Positions 50,161-63,406 of a DNA stretch of 64,000 nt are shown here, in pieces. Both the position numbers and the translations under genes were made by a program. Every line of letters begins with the position of its first letter. The stretch's first letter is position 1. Source of the stretch: Chiloscyllium plagiosum. Lineage: Eukaryota. The notes under the pieces were generated by a model that made no database searches, had not been told where the DNA came from, and saw only the letters and a program-made list of their open reading frames with translations. The DNA lies in NCBI RefSeq assembly GCF_004010195.1, contig NC_057719.1, forward strand, positions 24,932,750-24,996,749. Reading direction: 5' to 3'.

Positions 50161-53118
50161 CTGTTTCAATCCTCTTTCCTGTGGAGATGAGATAGGCAAG
50201 AACAGCTGACATCTTTCACTAAAGAACATTCTTATAAAAATTCTAACCTGTGTCATCAATCAGTGGTAATCTCAGTAATGGCAACTGTGAAACTAAATTT
50301 CAATTCTAGATTTAGTAACTAAATTTACATTCCACTAGCTGCTGTACTGTGTTTTAAACCCATTTAAAATAGAAAAAAAGGGAGGTCCGCATTTCTCAAA
50401 AGAGCTTCTTTAAGGGTTCCTTAGAGAACTGTGAATCTGGATTATTAAACCGCTGACATTATCACAATTTTGATGTCTCCCTTTTGCTAAATGTAGTTTG
50501 TGTTGGAGGCTAATAGTGATGGCATTGGTCTTCTAGTGTCTGGAAGAAATTGTACATGACTTAATGACATGCAAGTAATTTGACAAGAGATTCAGCAGTA
50601 GTGGTGGTGGAATGGGTGGTATCAGTGTACACATTGCATACCCATTGTCAGTGTCCATATGTAGATGAAACCACAAGTAGGCACTGGGACACTCTGGAGG
50701 TAGTGGTGCTCTAACTGTGGTTGGATAGAGAGGAGTGGAACCAGGTGAAGGTTTTCACAGTTAGGAGAACCATTAGACTATGACATTGTGATCAACTGTC
50801 AAAGCATACAAAGAGGTCAGTTGAGAGCTAATACACTACAAGAAATTCCATCAGTAATATTTTTTTTCAAGACATTTCAGTGCTGTAGAAGGACAGAACC
50901 TTATTGAGGACTTTCAGCTGTGCAAAAAGTGGACTTGGAGATGGGGTGGTCATTTTTTTTTTTTTAGGACGTTTTTGTTCCTGGGTAGTAATTAGGAAGG
51001 AAATTAGAGATGTGAGATAGTAGGAGTACAGAGATGAACAATTTGGGGAAATGTTTTTAGGAGAGCAAGTGGTAGGATTCATGGACCAAGAGAACTTAAT
51101 GAGAAGAGATTGAGAAATGAAAGATGTGGCTTTATGGGTAGAGTATAAGGACGCTATCAGAAAAGGTAATTTTAGTCTGGGTGGCAAGTGGGAAAGAAGA
51201 CTAGTTTGAGAGAAGGCATTGTTAATTTATCTTCATACAACAGGCTAATGATAGAGTCAGTGCACTGTAAGAAGTATGACTTTTGATGATCTGTGTTAAA
51301 CTAGTTATAGCTTAATATATCATTGCACTCCAGACCAAAATGAAAATCGTATTGGGAAAGTAATCTGGGAAATGGCAATTCATTTGATGGGGCCAATTAT
51401 ATGAGAAAGGTGTCGACCAAATCCATAGTTGGTAAAATATCTTGTTTGAATGGAAGGGAAAAGTATGGAATTTAAAAGTGCAATTATAAGTCATTCAGGA
51501 GGAGTTTAATTTTCAGGAGTGGACAAAAAGAAATAAAAGGATGAAGATGTGGATGGTGAAGGATTTAAAGAAGTGATCAGAAATAAGCATGTTAGTATGA
51601 TGATGGAAACAGATCCCACTAAAAGGAGCAAGACCTAGGAGATATCTTTATTTGTTCATGAGGGGTGGATGTTGCTGACTGAGCTAGCATTTATTGCCCA
51701 TCCTTAATTGCCATAGAGAATGACTGGAGTGCATTTCTCATGCAGCACTGAGACTCCCATGATCGATTCCAATCTAACTTCTGTCAGGTGTGACTAGTCT
51801 TTTCAGGGTTAGTCCCTCGACCCTCTGTTTTCCTCAGTCCTCTGAGGAGAAAGCTGTCAAAGTAGCTGTAAATGTCAGAATGCACTAACTGACTGCTGGA
51901 AAAGGGGGTGTGGCTGGCCTGCCTTTTGACCATTTCATACTACGAAGGGTCAGTCAAAATAGAAGTATGGCTCCACATTTCTAAGGAACCCTTAAAGAAG
52001 CTCTTTTGAGAAATGTGGAGCTCCCTTTTTTTCTATTTTTAAAAAAAGGCTGAGTGGCAACCTGCATGAACTGCTGCAATCTGCGAGATGTAAGTACACC
52101 AATTGTCCTTAAATTTAGGGACTTCCCCAATTTTAATCCAGCAATGGTGATGTTGCAGGATGTTGTGTGGCATCAAGGTGAACTTGGAGGTGTTGGTGTT
52201 CGCATGAGTCTGCTGTACCTTGTTTTTCTAGGTGGTAAAGTTGGCAGGTTTGAAAGTCTTTGGCAAATTGTTGCAGTGCATCATGTGGATGGGAAATTGA
52301 AATTAATGAATACTAATATTATTTCAAAGACAGTTGGAACTTTTTAAATATTTGAAATATTTTTTGAAAACCAGCATAAGTTGCTTGCTAAAACATCTGT
52401 TAATTTGTCTAAATTTAGTGGCATGCAGCCTATTGACGAATTATGTTGCTTGAAATTAAATGCTGGGCTGTTTCTGTTTTCAGATAGATGATTGAAAGCA
52501 TTTTTTGAGCTGTACTTTATAAAAAACAAAAGTTTGACTAACTACAAAACTGGATTAGGAAGATTAGTGTGTTCACAGCTGGCATAGTCTTGTTTTCAAT
52601 GTGCAATTTGGAACAGTGATCAAGAGCACACATTTGACCACAGACTGACTGCAACTAAAGCTATAAGATTGCAAACTAGGATTGCAAATCCAAGATAATT
52701 GTTGTTTTTCTGTTTATTTATTATATCATTTTTATAGCTGTCAAATTCGATTTTTAAGCTTTGTTAACTTTGAAGTTTACTGGCTCTATCTTGGAATCAG
52801 CTGTTTACCCTGAGATGTTAGTGGTCCAGATTTCAAATGTTTTATTCCAGTTTTTTTTTGAAAGCATAAAAAGTACTTGAAATACAGGCATGAGTTTGGA
52901 AGCAAACAGCCTAATCATTGAGCAGCATCAGTTAAAGCTTGCACATTTGATGTAATGATTTGTGTCTCTATGCATTCTGTTGGATCTGTGCAGTACAAAA
53001 TATTTGCTTGATGCTATCAGTTTCCACATGTATTTTGGTGGTTTGCAGAATTTGCTTGGTGTGTTTTCTCATTGTTTGCCTTCATGTGCCACTTATTTTT
53101 GTTTTAGATATTCCAGAA

Positions 53119-53172
53119 ATGGCTGAACATAACTCGGAGATAATAGATCTGCATTTGATGACCAGCTGGTGA
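53119..53172 (+). promoter_or_regulatory. Upstream ORF in the BTBD7 5' UTR (MAEHNSEIIDLHLMTSW*)
   Basis: ATG in gaaATGG context 11 nt into exon 2; stop 38 nt before the main ATG; a second uORF (MLRCLT*) lies at 53186-53206. Confidence 0.55.
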
Positions 53173-53210
53173 ACTAGCAGCCAGAATGTTGCGTTGTTTG
53201 ACCTGAGACA

Positions 53211-53292
53211 ATGGGTGTCAATGCATCTAACTACCCTCACTCTTTCTCCCAGAGGATAGGAGGAAATTCACAGGCTCAACAAACATTTATAG
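53211..53292 (+). CDS. BTBD7: BTBD7 first coding exon (exon starts 53108 after ttttag; ATG 53211; 82 coding nt, MGVNASNYPHSFSQRIGGNSQAQQTFI-G)
   Basis: Translation matches the recalled N-terminus of human BTBD7 (MGANASNYPHSCSPRVGGNSQAQQTFIG); donor AG|GTATGT at 53292/53293; phase 1 joins correctly to the next exon; MGxxxS myristoylation-type start. Confidence 0.95.
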
Positions 53293-54917
53293 GTATGTTC
53301 TGTTCCATTGTGCTCTTGGGATGAGAGTAATTCTAGCAACGCATTTATTGCCTATTCCTATTTGCTCTGAGAAGGTTGCACTGGCCTGATCTTTGGGTGG
53401 CCACAATTCTTGTGGTAAGAGTTCTGCAGTGCGTGGCTATAATTTCCAAAATGGGGGGGAAAAAAAACAAACCACTGCGAATGCTGGAAATTAGAAACAA
53501 TAGAAATTACAGGAAAATCTCAGGAGATCTGGCAGTACCTGTGAATCGAAAGCACAGTTAATATTTTGTATCCAGTGACCCTTCTGAAGAAGTGTAATTT
53601 CGAAAACATTGGCATAAATGGAATGGTTCCTGGTTCTATCCCTGGGTTGTGTTAAATGCGGTAGTCTTGACTAGATTGCTACAATGTACCAGGTTTCAGG
53701 GGAGGGAGGAAACTTGAGAGGTGGATCTGTCTTAATAATAGCTTTTTTATTCATGTATGTATCCCTCAGTGGCTTGCCAGCATTTATTGCTCCTCCCTAA
53801 TTGACCTTGAGAAAGTGATGGTGAGCCACCATCTTGAACCGCTGCCATAAAGTACCGTTAGGGAGTTTTTGGATTTTGACAGTGAAGAACAATTATGTAG
53901 TTTATGATCCTAGCTGATGTCAGGCTTGAGACAGAAATGGAACACAGTGGTGTGCTAATCAGTCGGGCTGTTTGTCCTGCTTTCAATTATTGTTGTTGGA
54001 GTCACACAAATCCAGACATGTGGGAGAGTATACCATCATACTACTGACTTGTGACAGCTTTGGGTTTCAAGCAATGAGACTCTTAGTACAGGATCCCAAC
54101 CTGTGACCACAGTTTGTAGCCACAATATTAATATAGCTTGTCCATTTTAGTTTCAGATCAGTGGTCAGTATGTTTTTAATGGGGATTCAGTGACAGCAAT
54201 GCTGTTGAATGAGGAGGTTTTGGTGCAGTCTTATTAGAGATGGTCATTGTACTGTGCTTATGTGGTGTGAATGTTTAAGTGTGAGCCTGAATGTTTTCCA
54301 GGTCTTGCTGCATGTTGACATGGAATGTTGGAATGACTAAGGCGTCACGAATGACTAAGGCGTCACAAATGATGCTGGGCATTGTACAGGGAGCATTCTC
54401 ATTTCTGAACTTGAGGGAAAAATTGATGAAACAGCTTAAAAAGTGTTGGGCTGAGGATACTACCTTGAAGGACATAGGATTCCTTAATTTGCAGTGGTGG
54501 TGCAGTAAAAACAAACTAAAAGCCTTCCTGGCTCTTGTTGAGCCCTGACCCTGCCCACTCATTCTTTTGCCTCTTTTTAAAAAAAAAAACACACTGGAGA
54601 GAACTCAAAAGTTGTTTACAAACTGTGTGTCTTTAGGAGACATTCTGGAACCACTGTGGCCATACCTGTGCAAGAGAAACAGGACAGAACCCATCTCTCT
54701 TAAAGGCATAGTACTGCCACACTGTTAACAATTACTTAAGGAATTGTTTGGTGAGATCAATTTGCATTTAACATATAAGTTAGTGAACAACTCTTCATGA
54801 CTATCGTTCTCTTGTTCTCGATAGCTTTAACAGATTATAAGGTAACATTTGTTTTTAAATGAAGGAGCAGATATTTAATTGTATGGCACAGTGTGAATTT
54901 TTGTTCTTATTGCATAG

Positions 54918-56000
54918 GAACGTCCTCCTATTTACATCAAGGATATGGATGCGAATCAAAATTATATAGCCTTGAACACAGCCATGAGAAACCACAAGAC
55001 AAAAAGAAAAAGAGCTCTGGTCTGGCAACTCTGAAAAAGAGATTTATAAAAAGACGTAAATCTAATCGGTCTGCTGATCATGCAAAACAGATGCGTGAGC
55101 TCCTTTCTGGATGGGACGTAAGGGATGTAAATGCATTAGTGGAAGAATATGAAGGCACTGCAGCTTTGAAAGAACTTGCATTGCAGGGTAATTTGGCACG
55201 ACCGGATGCACGGACTTTGCAAAGAGATTTGGCGGACCTTTATGAATACAAGTACTGCACTGATGTTGATTTAATATTCCAAGACACTTGCTTTCCTGTA
55301 CATCGAGCTATTCTGGCAGCAAGATGTCCCTTTTTTAAGACTTTGCTTTCATCCTCACCTGAATATGGTGCTGAGATTATGATGGACATAAACACAGCTG
55401 GCATAGACTTGCCTATGTTTTCAGCATTATTACATTATCTATACACCGGAGAGTTTGGGATAGAGGACTCCAGGTTCCAAAATGTAGAAATTCTGGTACA
55501 ACTTACTGAAGAATTTGGAACCCCAAATTCACTGGATGTTGATATGCGAGAACTTTTTGACAGTATGTGCTACTATGATGCCGTTCTGAACTTCTCATCT
55601 GATTCTGAATTAGTGGAACCATTTGGAGCAACATCACATTGTTTAGATGAAGAACTCTGTGGGCATAAGGCTGTCCTATCTGCACGTTCTCCGTTTTTTA
55701 GAAATCTTCTCCAAAGACGAATAAGGACTGGTGAAGAAATTACAGATAGAACTCTGCAGACTCCAACTAGAATCGTGCTAGATGAGTCCATCATTCCAAA
55801 GAAATATGCAAAAGTAATTTTACATTGTATGTACACTGATCTTGTAGATTTGTCTCTGGTACTACATTGTAATCCATCTGTAGGGAGCCTGAGTGAAGTT
55901 CAAGCAATGGTTGCAGGAAAAGGTAGCATGTCAAGAGCTGAAGAAGCAATGGAACTTTACCACATAGCACTTTTTCTTGAGTTCAACATGCTTGCTCAAG
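54918..56000 (+). CDS. BTBD7: BTBD7 large coding exon (1083 nt) encoding a basic NLS-like segment and two BTB/POZ domains
   Basis: ORF 54893-56020 contains KKRFIKRRKSNRSADHAKQMRELL, YCTDVDLIFQDTCFPVHRAILAARCPFF and HKAVLSARSPFFRNLL; acceptor catag| at 54917, donor AAG|GTGGGT at 56000/56001. Confidence 0.98.
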
Positions 56001-57419
56001 GTGGGTTTGATATTACTTGAAATGGACTGAACAGTTACGTGGAGAAACTTGTATCTTTATTTTCACTGAAGGCAGTCTAATTACAACTTATGTTCAAAGT
56101 TTGTGCTCGTAGTATGTTTTATATTCAAAGCAAAGTATGATTTTAGTGTACTTAAGAACTCCTGCAGTAGTACTGCTATAAAGAATTGGTTTTCTGATGC
56201 ACTTTTGACAAACTAGAAGACCAGGTAGAGTTGAATTTTAGGAATTGGACATTGGTATCAAAGTATTGCTTGCTTCTTATCAAACTTGGTTGGCACTGAT
56301 CCAGTAAGTACATTTTAGCATGCTCCCTGTTAATTGATTCAAATGACAAACAAAAAAAAAGTAAAAGTCTTGGTTATGAAGTGGATCAAGCTAAGTTTAT
56401 CAGTAATAAGGTAAATTGAAATTTTTTTTAACTGAGAGAGTTTGCCTGAAACACTTTCTTTTCTATTCTATCTAAAATATCTGGGAAGGGATCTAATTGA
56501 TTCTGGAAACAAGTACTTAACTGTTTTTCTCACCCAATCTTCTTCCCCTCTCCGGTAGGTGCAATTGAACTCCTGGAAGCATTCACCATATAGGGTTGGA
56601 AGCTGGCATGAGGGGGGAGAGATCTCCAAAGTAGGCCAGCAATTTCCTTGAAGTCAGCTTGTGAACTTTTTGAATAACTTGTGATCTGCATGTCTTGTGA
56701 TGTTTCCATGTCACCAAACCATTTCTTGGATTCAGTTACAGTCTGTTGTGAGCCAACTTTTCTGGAACTCCTGGGGTAGAATTGGGGTGAAGAGGAACCT
56801 TCAGGGACTTGATGTTTCTGATCTTCCAGCTGGTAGGAAGTCAAATCCCTTATTCCAGTGTATTGTGTGTTTCTGTAGCCCAACAATGCACAAGTTTTCA
56901 TGTACAGTAATCTAAATGAATCCACTTGAATCTGAAGAAATGCTTATTGGCTAATAAATCTAGATCCACTTCCCATACTTGTTGCAGTCTACCTTGCGTC
57001 CCATGTATGTATGCAAGAGAAAGATGAATGGGCTTAGGTAGAAAGCAAAGTCTTGCATTTATTTCCAAATTTTCACAACTCCAATCATCTTGCAAACTGT
57101 TTGAGAGACTGGTTAATTTGCACAATATCATGACTTGGAATTATGGTGCTGTTTCATCCTTGTTGTTGGAGCCCTGAGCTCCCCTGCCCTTTTTAGCACT
57201 GTGGTTGTACCTACCGCATAAACACTGCAACAATTGAATAAGGTGGTTCATCACCACCACCTTGAAATCAATACAGATGGTCAATAAATGATAGCCTTAC
57301 CAGTGATGTCAAGATCCTTTTGATTTTCTTTCCTCTAGAAAAGGGAACAGAACTGAGGATTGTAATCAGTCTAAGTAGTACAGAGGCTGAGGTAGAAGAT
57401 TTTGGGAAGAAGCAGGATT

Positions 57420-58915
57420 TAACTTACATATTACGGAAAAACTGATGGAGGCCATAGTGCAAGATAAGGTAAATATACACATACAGAAAAATAAGTTCAT
57501 ACTAGATAGTCAATGTGGTTTTGTCAAGGGCAGGTCATGTTTGATAAATTTGAGTTCTTTGAGGTAGATGAGGGTAGTGGTATATAGTGATCAGATTAGA
57601 TTACTTAGTGTGGAAACAGGCCCTTCGGCCCAACAAGTCCGCTCTGACCTTCCGAAAAGCAACCCACCCAGACCCATTCCCCAACATTTACCCCTTCACC
57701 TAACACTACGGGCAATTTAGCATGGCCAATTCACCTAACCTGCACATCTTTGGACTGTGGGAGGAAACCGGAACACCCGGAGGAAACCCACGCAGACACT
57801 GGATAACGTGCAAACTCCACACAGTTGTCTGAGACATGAATTGAACCCGGGTCTCTGGTGCTGTGAGGCAGCTGTGCTAACCACTGTTGTACTTTTGAGA
57901 AGACATTTGATACAGTGCGACGTAGGTTGTTTAGCAAATTAGAAATACTTGGAATTGATGGGTCCTTAGCAACCTGGATTAGAAGTTAGCTAAAAGATAG
58001 GAAACCGAGGATGGGTATAGATGGGCATTTCTTAGTTTGGAGATGAGTTAAAAGTGGTGTTCCCCAGAGATCATTGTTCAGACCCTTATGATTTAAATAA
58101 ATGATTTGGGTGTTGAGGGCAAAGTCTTTAAATGGTACTGAGCCAGGGGAATGGTGCTGAGGATGATGCTGAGCAACTTCAGAGGGACATTGGCAAGAGA
58201 CCATACAGGGTCAGTGGTACAACTTTGTGGGGAATGCAGGAGCAGAGGACCCTTAGAGATCATGTGCATAATTCTCTGAAGGTGCCCATTCAAGTTGAAA
58301 TATGTTAATAAGACAGCTGATAGAATCCTTGGGTTTATAGGTTGAGGCATAAAGCAAGCAGGTGATGCTACATCGTTTCAAATCATTGGTCGGACCATAT
58401 TTGGAGAACTATGTTCCGTTTGTGGAAGGATAGGAAAGCCTGAGAGAGCAAAGGAGATTTACTAGAATAATATCAGGAATGAGGGATTTTATATACCAGG
58501 AAAGATTAGAGAAATTGGGCTTATTCTGCTAACAGTAAGAAGATTAAGAGGTGACCTTATTGTGGTGTTCAAAATTATGAACAATTGTGACAGGATAAAG
58601 AATATTCTGTTTTCACTAGTTGGAAAGTCATTTGGAATGGCTTGCAATTTCAAGATTTTCAGCAAGAGAGCTAGGAGTCAGAGGAAGAGAAATTTCTTTA
58701 TTCGATTGTTAGCATTTAGAATGCACTGCATAGGAAAGTGCTGTAAATGTATTCCACAGAAGATTTCAAGAGAGTGCTGGATATATATTTGAAAGTGAAT
58801 TTTCAGGGCTATAGAGATCGGGTTTGAGAATGAGGCTCGTCTGGTAGTTCTTTCAGGAGTTGGTACAGACACAGTAGGTCATATGGCCTCCTTCTGTGGC
58901 GTAAAATTGTATGAT
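57420..58915 (+). mobile_element. Old degraded CR1 LINE in BTBD7 intron, interrupted by a SINE
   Basis: Remnants tggttttgtcaagggcaggtcatgtttgataaatttg, agtggtgttccccag, agattaagaggtgaccttattgtggtgttcaaaattatg. Confidence 0.65.
57594..57886 (-). mobile_element. HE1-type SINE
   Basis: Reverse complement of A/B boxes and tail. Confidence 0.88.
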
Positions 58916-61824
58916 TGTATTATTGCTTTCAGATTTTATCATCCATAAACTGGTTCCTTAATCCCATTTACAGTTTGACTTGGTGTCCCCAATAATATAT
59001 CCTGGCCAAAAGATAACTCTGGTATATTTGTTGCACAAACAAAATATTTTGTTTTATCTATATCAATGTATCAACACACATGTTCCTTGCCTTAGCCCTA
59101 TGTGAAATTTCTGAAGTACAGTTTTAAAAATTACATTATTGGATCTGTTATTAGCCATAATGGGCTTTTAGAACATGAAAGCCCATTGAATGCAAAGAAA
59201 ACAAATATCACTTAGCCAGTTTGTTTGACAATTGTTCAATAAAAGCCACTATCTTATGTTGCTGCTACACCCAAGTCTGTGTAAGACAAGGCATTTTATT
59301 GGAATATATTTGTGTCTCTTTAAGCTGTGAAGTTAAATTGTTAAAAAACCAAGGCTGAGGTCATGTACTGTTTCATTGTTATTTGGCCCAGGAATTTTGA
59401 AGACCGGAATGTGCTTGTCAGCTTTAAACTGAAGTTAGAGACTATGGGTAAACTTTGTGTTTTGTATCTTCATTAGGGTAGGGTGTCTGCAAAAGGACAT
59501 TTAGCTTTTAATAGTAATCTTGTAAGTTTGATATTTCTGTCCCTAAGCGTGAACTGAATTAATGCAAGCGATGCAGGAACAATTTACATTCGGCTTGAGT
59601 AACCTTTTGAAGCCATATTTCAGCAAAAAGCACAGAATCGGTTTGTTTTTGTGTAATTTTTTTTGTGCTTTCTTACCCCAGAACCTACTTTAATATTAAT
59701 GTTCTTTTTCCTATTACACTAATGGTTATGTAGGTGGATGAAAAAATAAGAATTCGGATGTATTCTTTAGTTATGAGTGGAGTTTTGAAAAATAGTCTTA
59801 TGACAGTAGCTAGTAATTTCTGGTCCAAAATATCAAATTGGATTTATAGAAAATTCTTAAATTCAACTAATGTATTTTCTAAAAGACGTTATCTGCAAAC
59901 CAGGAAATATGTGCTATACTCTCATAGTGGAAATACAGTTAAATTTGTGGGTATCTCCATAAAATGGCACTTACTGGTTAATTTCACAGGTTATCATTAT
60001 ATCATTGCACAATCCAATAGCCTATTCTTGGTAATAAGGTGTTGATTATATTCCATCCTTGCATAAGGAAGTCTAAAGAATGAGAAACTATCCAATGCAG
60101 TGTATATATCTCTCTCTCTATCAAAGACAGGTGACAACCAATTTCAATTTGCTTACTGGGGTATGTCTTGCATTGTTGGAGTAAAAATTGGGAATGAAAT
60201 GTGCGGTTGTGATCATTTTCAGGATGCGTTTTGTTTTGTGCAACCAAACTTTTGTAGTTTTTTTTTGTTTGCAGTACTCTTCAAGGAATTACAGATGCTC
60301 CTTAGAATTGTCTTGGTTTTCTCCCATTGCTTTGTTTTTGCAAAAGCAAATCTTAATACTGTATATTAAACCTTCTTGACATTTTAAGAAACTTTTCAGT
60401 TGAGGTTTTTTAATTATTGGGGACAAACTATTACATTTGAACTACACATGTTCTCGCCCAAATCTGTGTTCAAAGCCTACGAAACTATTTCAGCCCATGA
60501 GTCTGAAATCAATTCAGAGGAAGCATGGGCAGATCAGTGATAACAATGAAAGCTGGATACTGTGCTGAAATCTTTGCAGTTGTATCGAGTTCTAAGAGAG
60601 CCACATCTGCAAAACATACATTCTTGGATCACTTCTGTTCACCACCACCAAGAAAACGTCTTCCAAGTTATTTGTTTTGTGCATTTTATCCTTGATGCTA
60701 ACTTGTGTTGATACTTTTTTTCATCTTAGCCCTTATTTCATCATCCTTGTTGAACTTTCTGTGTAATGTAAGGCCTGTATCTCTGCTTTTGGAAACCTTA
60801 GTTGTACCAGGGAATACTTGTTTTTAGTATCATCTTAGCTTTCCTTTGTATTCAATTCTGCTTGAACATCCTTCCTAAGCTGAGTACAACTTTCTAAATG
60901 TGCCCTAACCAATGACTGATTTAGAATTAGCATTAACTATTTGCTTTTGTGCTCCATAACCCCATCTTTAAAATGTGTTTTTCTATTTTGTTGAAATTGT
61001 TTTACTTGCTTGTTTCCACTTTTCAAGGTTGTTAAATTTCGAACAAGGGTGTCCCTCCCTGCTTCCTTTTTCATTATTTTCTCCCCTTTTTCTGCCACAC
61101 CACCATTTTTCACATCTCATTTTTGTACACTAATTTCAAAAAGACTGAAAATATTTATCAATATGACACCAATTTAGGCAAGTAAAGAATAGAACTTATT
61201 TCACAAGAATACTTGTAGCTCCAATCTGGATATGAAACATGGCTGCCTTGGCCTCTAATATTCTCGCCACACAACGCTGGTGTCGTACTGGTTCCTCCTC
61301 CACCCCATTACTTGGAGTGTAATCACCTTTACAAATTATAATTAGTTATCCCTTACAAAATCCCTTACTACAGAATGTATATTGGCTATCACAATGCATT
61401 TATATAAATCATTAATCAGTGTTTATCTGATTCATATTGACCCTTTTAAGAAACTGTGGTTTGGCCTCTTTGGAATATTGTGTTCTGGTTTGAATATGAG
61501 GTCAGCCTCCTCAGAATGCTAAAATGATTGACTAATTGAACAATGAAAAGTATCAGTTATGTGGAAGACTTGGAGAAACTGGGATTTTCAGAGCAGGGAT
61601 GTTTTAAGAGAAGGTTGGGCAAAACCATAACCATTTTTGCTTGATGTAACAAGAAACAGAAAAAAACTTGTAATCAGACAACATTAATTTAAGTTGATTA
61701 GAAAAGAACCAGAGACAATATGGGGGATTTTTCTTATGCAATTATTGTGATCTAGAGTGCACTGCTTGTAGTGACAGTGAAAACCAATCATTACAGCAAT
61801 AACTTTGAATTGCAAAAAGCCAAG

Positions 61825-62485
61825 TTCAGGGTTGTCTTAAAGGTTAGCATGCAGCTTCAGTTGGCAGTTAGGAAGGCAAATACAATGTTAGCCTCCATTT
61901 TGAGTTGGTGTGAAAACAAGAGCAGAGATGTACTTCTGAGGCTGTATGAGACTCTGCATTTGGAATATTGTGAGCAGCTTTGGGCCTTGTGTCTGGGGAA
62001 AGATGTGCTGCCATTTGAGGGGCTCCAAAGAATGATCCCAGGAATAAAGGGCTTATGTAAGGAACGGTTGAAGACTCTGGGTCTGTACTTGGAGTTTAGA
62101 AGAATAAGGAGGGATCTTTTTGAAGCTTAAAGAATACTGAGATAACTGTTTAGAGTTAATGTGAAGATGTTTCCACTAGTAGAAGAGACTAGGGTCTAAG
62201 GACACAGCCTTGGAGTGAAGGGATGACCCTTTAGAACTAAGATGAGGATGAATTTATTCAGCCAGTGAGTAGTGAATCTGTGGAACTCATTGCTACAGAT
62301 TTATGGAGGCCAATTCATTGAGTGCATTTAGAACAGAGGTAGATTTTTGATTAGTAAGAGGGTTGAGAGTTATGGAGAGAAGGCAGGAGAATAGCGTGAG
62401 AAACACATCAGCCATGATACAATGGTAGAATCAACTTGATGGGCTGAATTGACTAATTCTGCTCCTATATGTTGTGGTTTTATGG
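61825..62485 (+). mobile_element. Degraded CR1 LINE 3' portion
   Basis: ORF 61771-62130 VRKANTML...KSRDVLLRLYETLHLEYCEQLWA...RRIRRDLFEA. Confidence 0.75.
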
Positions 62486-62893
62486 AATTGGATAAATACT
62501 TAAAAAAGGTCAAAAGTTAGAGAACAATGGAAAAGGCAGGTGTGTAGGACAACGTTCTCAAAGTTTTATAGTATGCATGACCAGTTTTTCAGTGTGTAAT
62601 ACCTTTTAATTTTTGTTGGTCAATGAATATGGGGAACAAATCCAACACTCTGCAGATGATTGCATATGGCAATTTAGCAGAAAATATTAGAGTGGAACGA
62701 ATGAATAACACTTTTAAAGAGCCACAAACTTCGTGGTCCAAATGGCTTCCTGCGCTCATCACATTCTGTTTCTCTCAGGCAGTAATTCAAAACAATTTTG
62801 TGTATAACTTTTTGGGTAGCAGCACCTTTTATTCAGAAGGATAATATGCATTTCTGTTGTAATCAAAATAATATTTAGATTATATTTTTACAG

Positions 62894-63102
62894 GTTGTGA
62901 AGATATTGTGATGGAGAGCATCTCCTTGGACACCTTGATTTCTATTCTGAAATGGAGTTCACAGCCTTATGGTTCTAAATGGGTTTATCGCCAGGCACTT
63001 AACTTCCTATGTGAGGAGTTCACTTCTGTCATGGTCTCAGATGTGTTCTTTGAACTCGGCAAGGACCATTTGCCTTCTGTCCTTCAGTCAGACTATTTGC
63101 AG
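62894..63102 (+). CDS. BTBD7: BTBD7 coding exon (209 nt), start of the BACK-like region: GCEDIVMESISLDTLISILKWSSQPYGSKWVYRQALNFLCEEF...QSDYLQ
   Basis: Acceptor ttttacag| at 62893, donor CAG|GTATTG at 63102/63103; in frame with the preceding exon; matches recalled vertebrate BTBD7 sequence. Confidence 0.96.
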
Positions 63103-63142
63103 GTATTGGGTCTTTTACAGTAAAATATTCAGTAAATTTATA

Positions 63143-63300
63143 ATTTGGAGATGCCGGTGTTGGACAGTGGTGTACAAAGTTAAAAATCTCAACACCAGGG
63201 TATAGTCCAACAGGTTTAATTGGAAGCACCAGCTTTCAAAGCACTGCTCCTTCAGCTGGTTGATGATGAAGGAGCAACGCTCCGAAAGCTAGTGCTTCCA
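63143..63300. mobile_element. Short fold-back PLE-derived element 40 nt downstream of the last BTBD7 donor in the window
   Basis: ggaagcaccagctttcaaagcactgctccttca mirrored by tgatgaaggagcaacgctccgaaagctagtgcttcc; same family as 3287-4103. Confidence 0.7.
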
Positions 63301-63338
63301 AGTAAGTTTATAGTTTGACAAAGCTAGTTACCTAAATA

Positions 63339-63406
63339 GCTGAAAATGTGTTGCTGGAAAAGCACAGCAGGTCAGGCAGCATCCAAGGAGCAGGAGAATC
63401 GACGTT
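63339..63406 (-). mobile_element. 68-bp PLE pLTR fragment with 12-bp TSD
   Basis: TSD gttacctaaata at 63327-63338 and 63407-63418. Confidence 0.85.

Noticed and set aside
54331..54366. Perfect 18-bp tandem duplication gaatgactaaggcgtcac
   Set aside because: Simple slippage duplication inside a decayed repeat.
56001..56020. Read-through of the large BTBD7 ORF to GGFDIT-stop
   Set aside because: Sequence after a canonical donor is intron; no evidence for a retained-intron isoform.
56530..56925. 131-aa minus-strand ORF in a BTBD7 intron
   Set aside because: No recognisable domain or splice support; non-ATG start.
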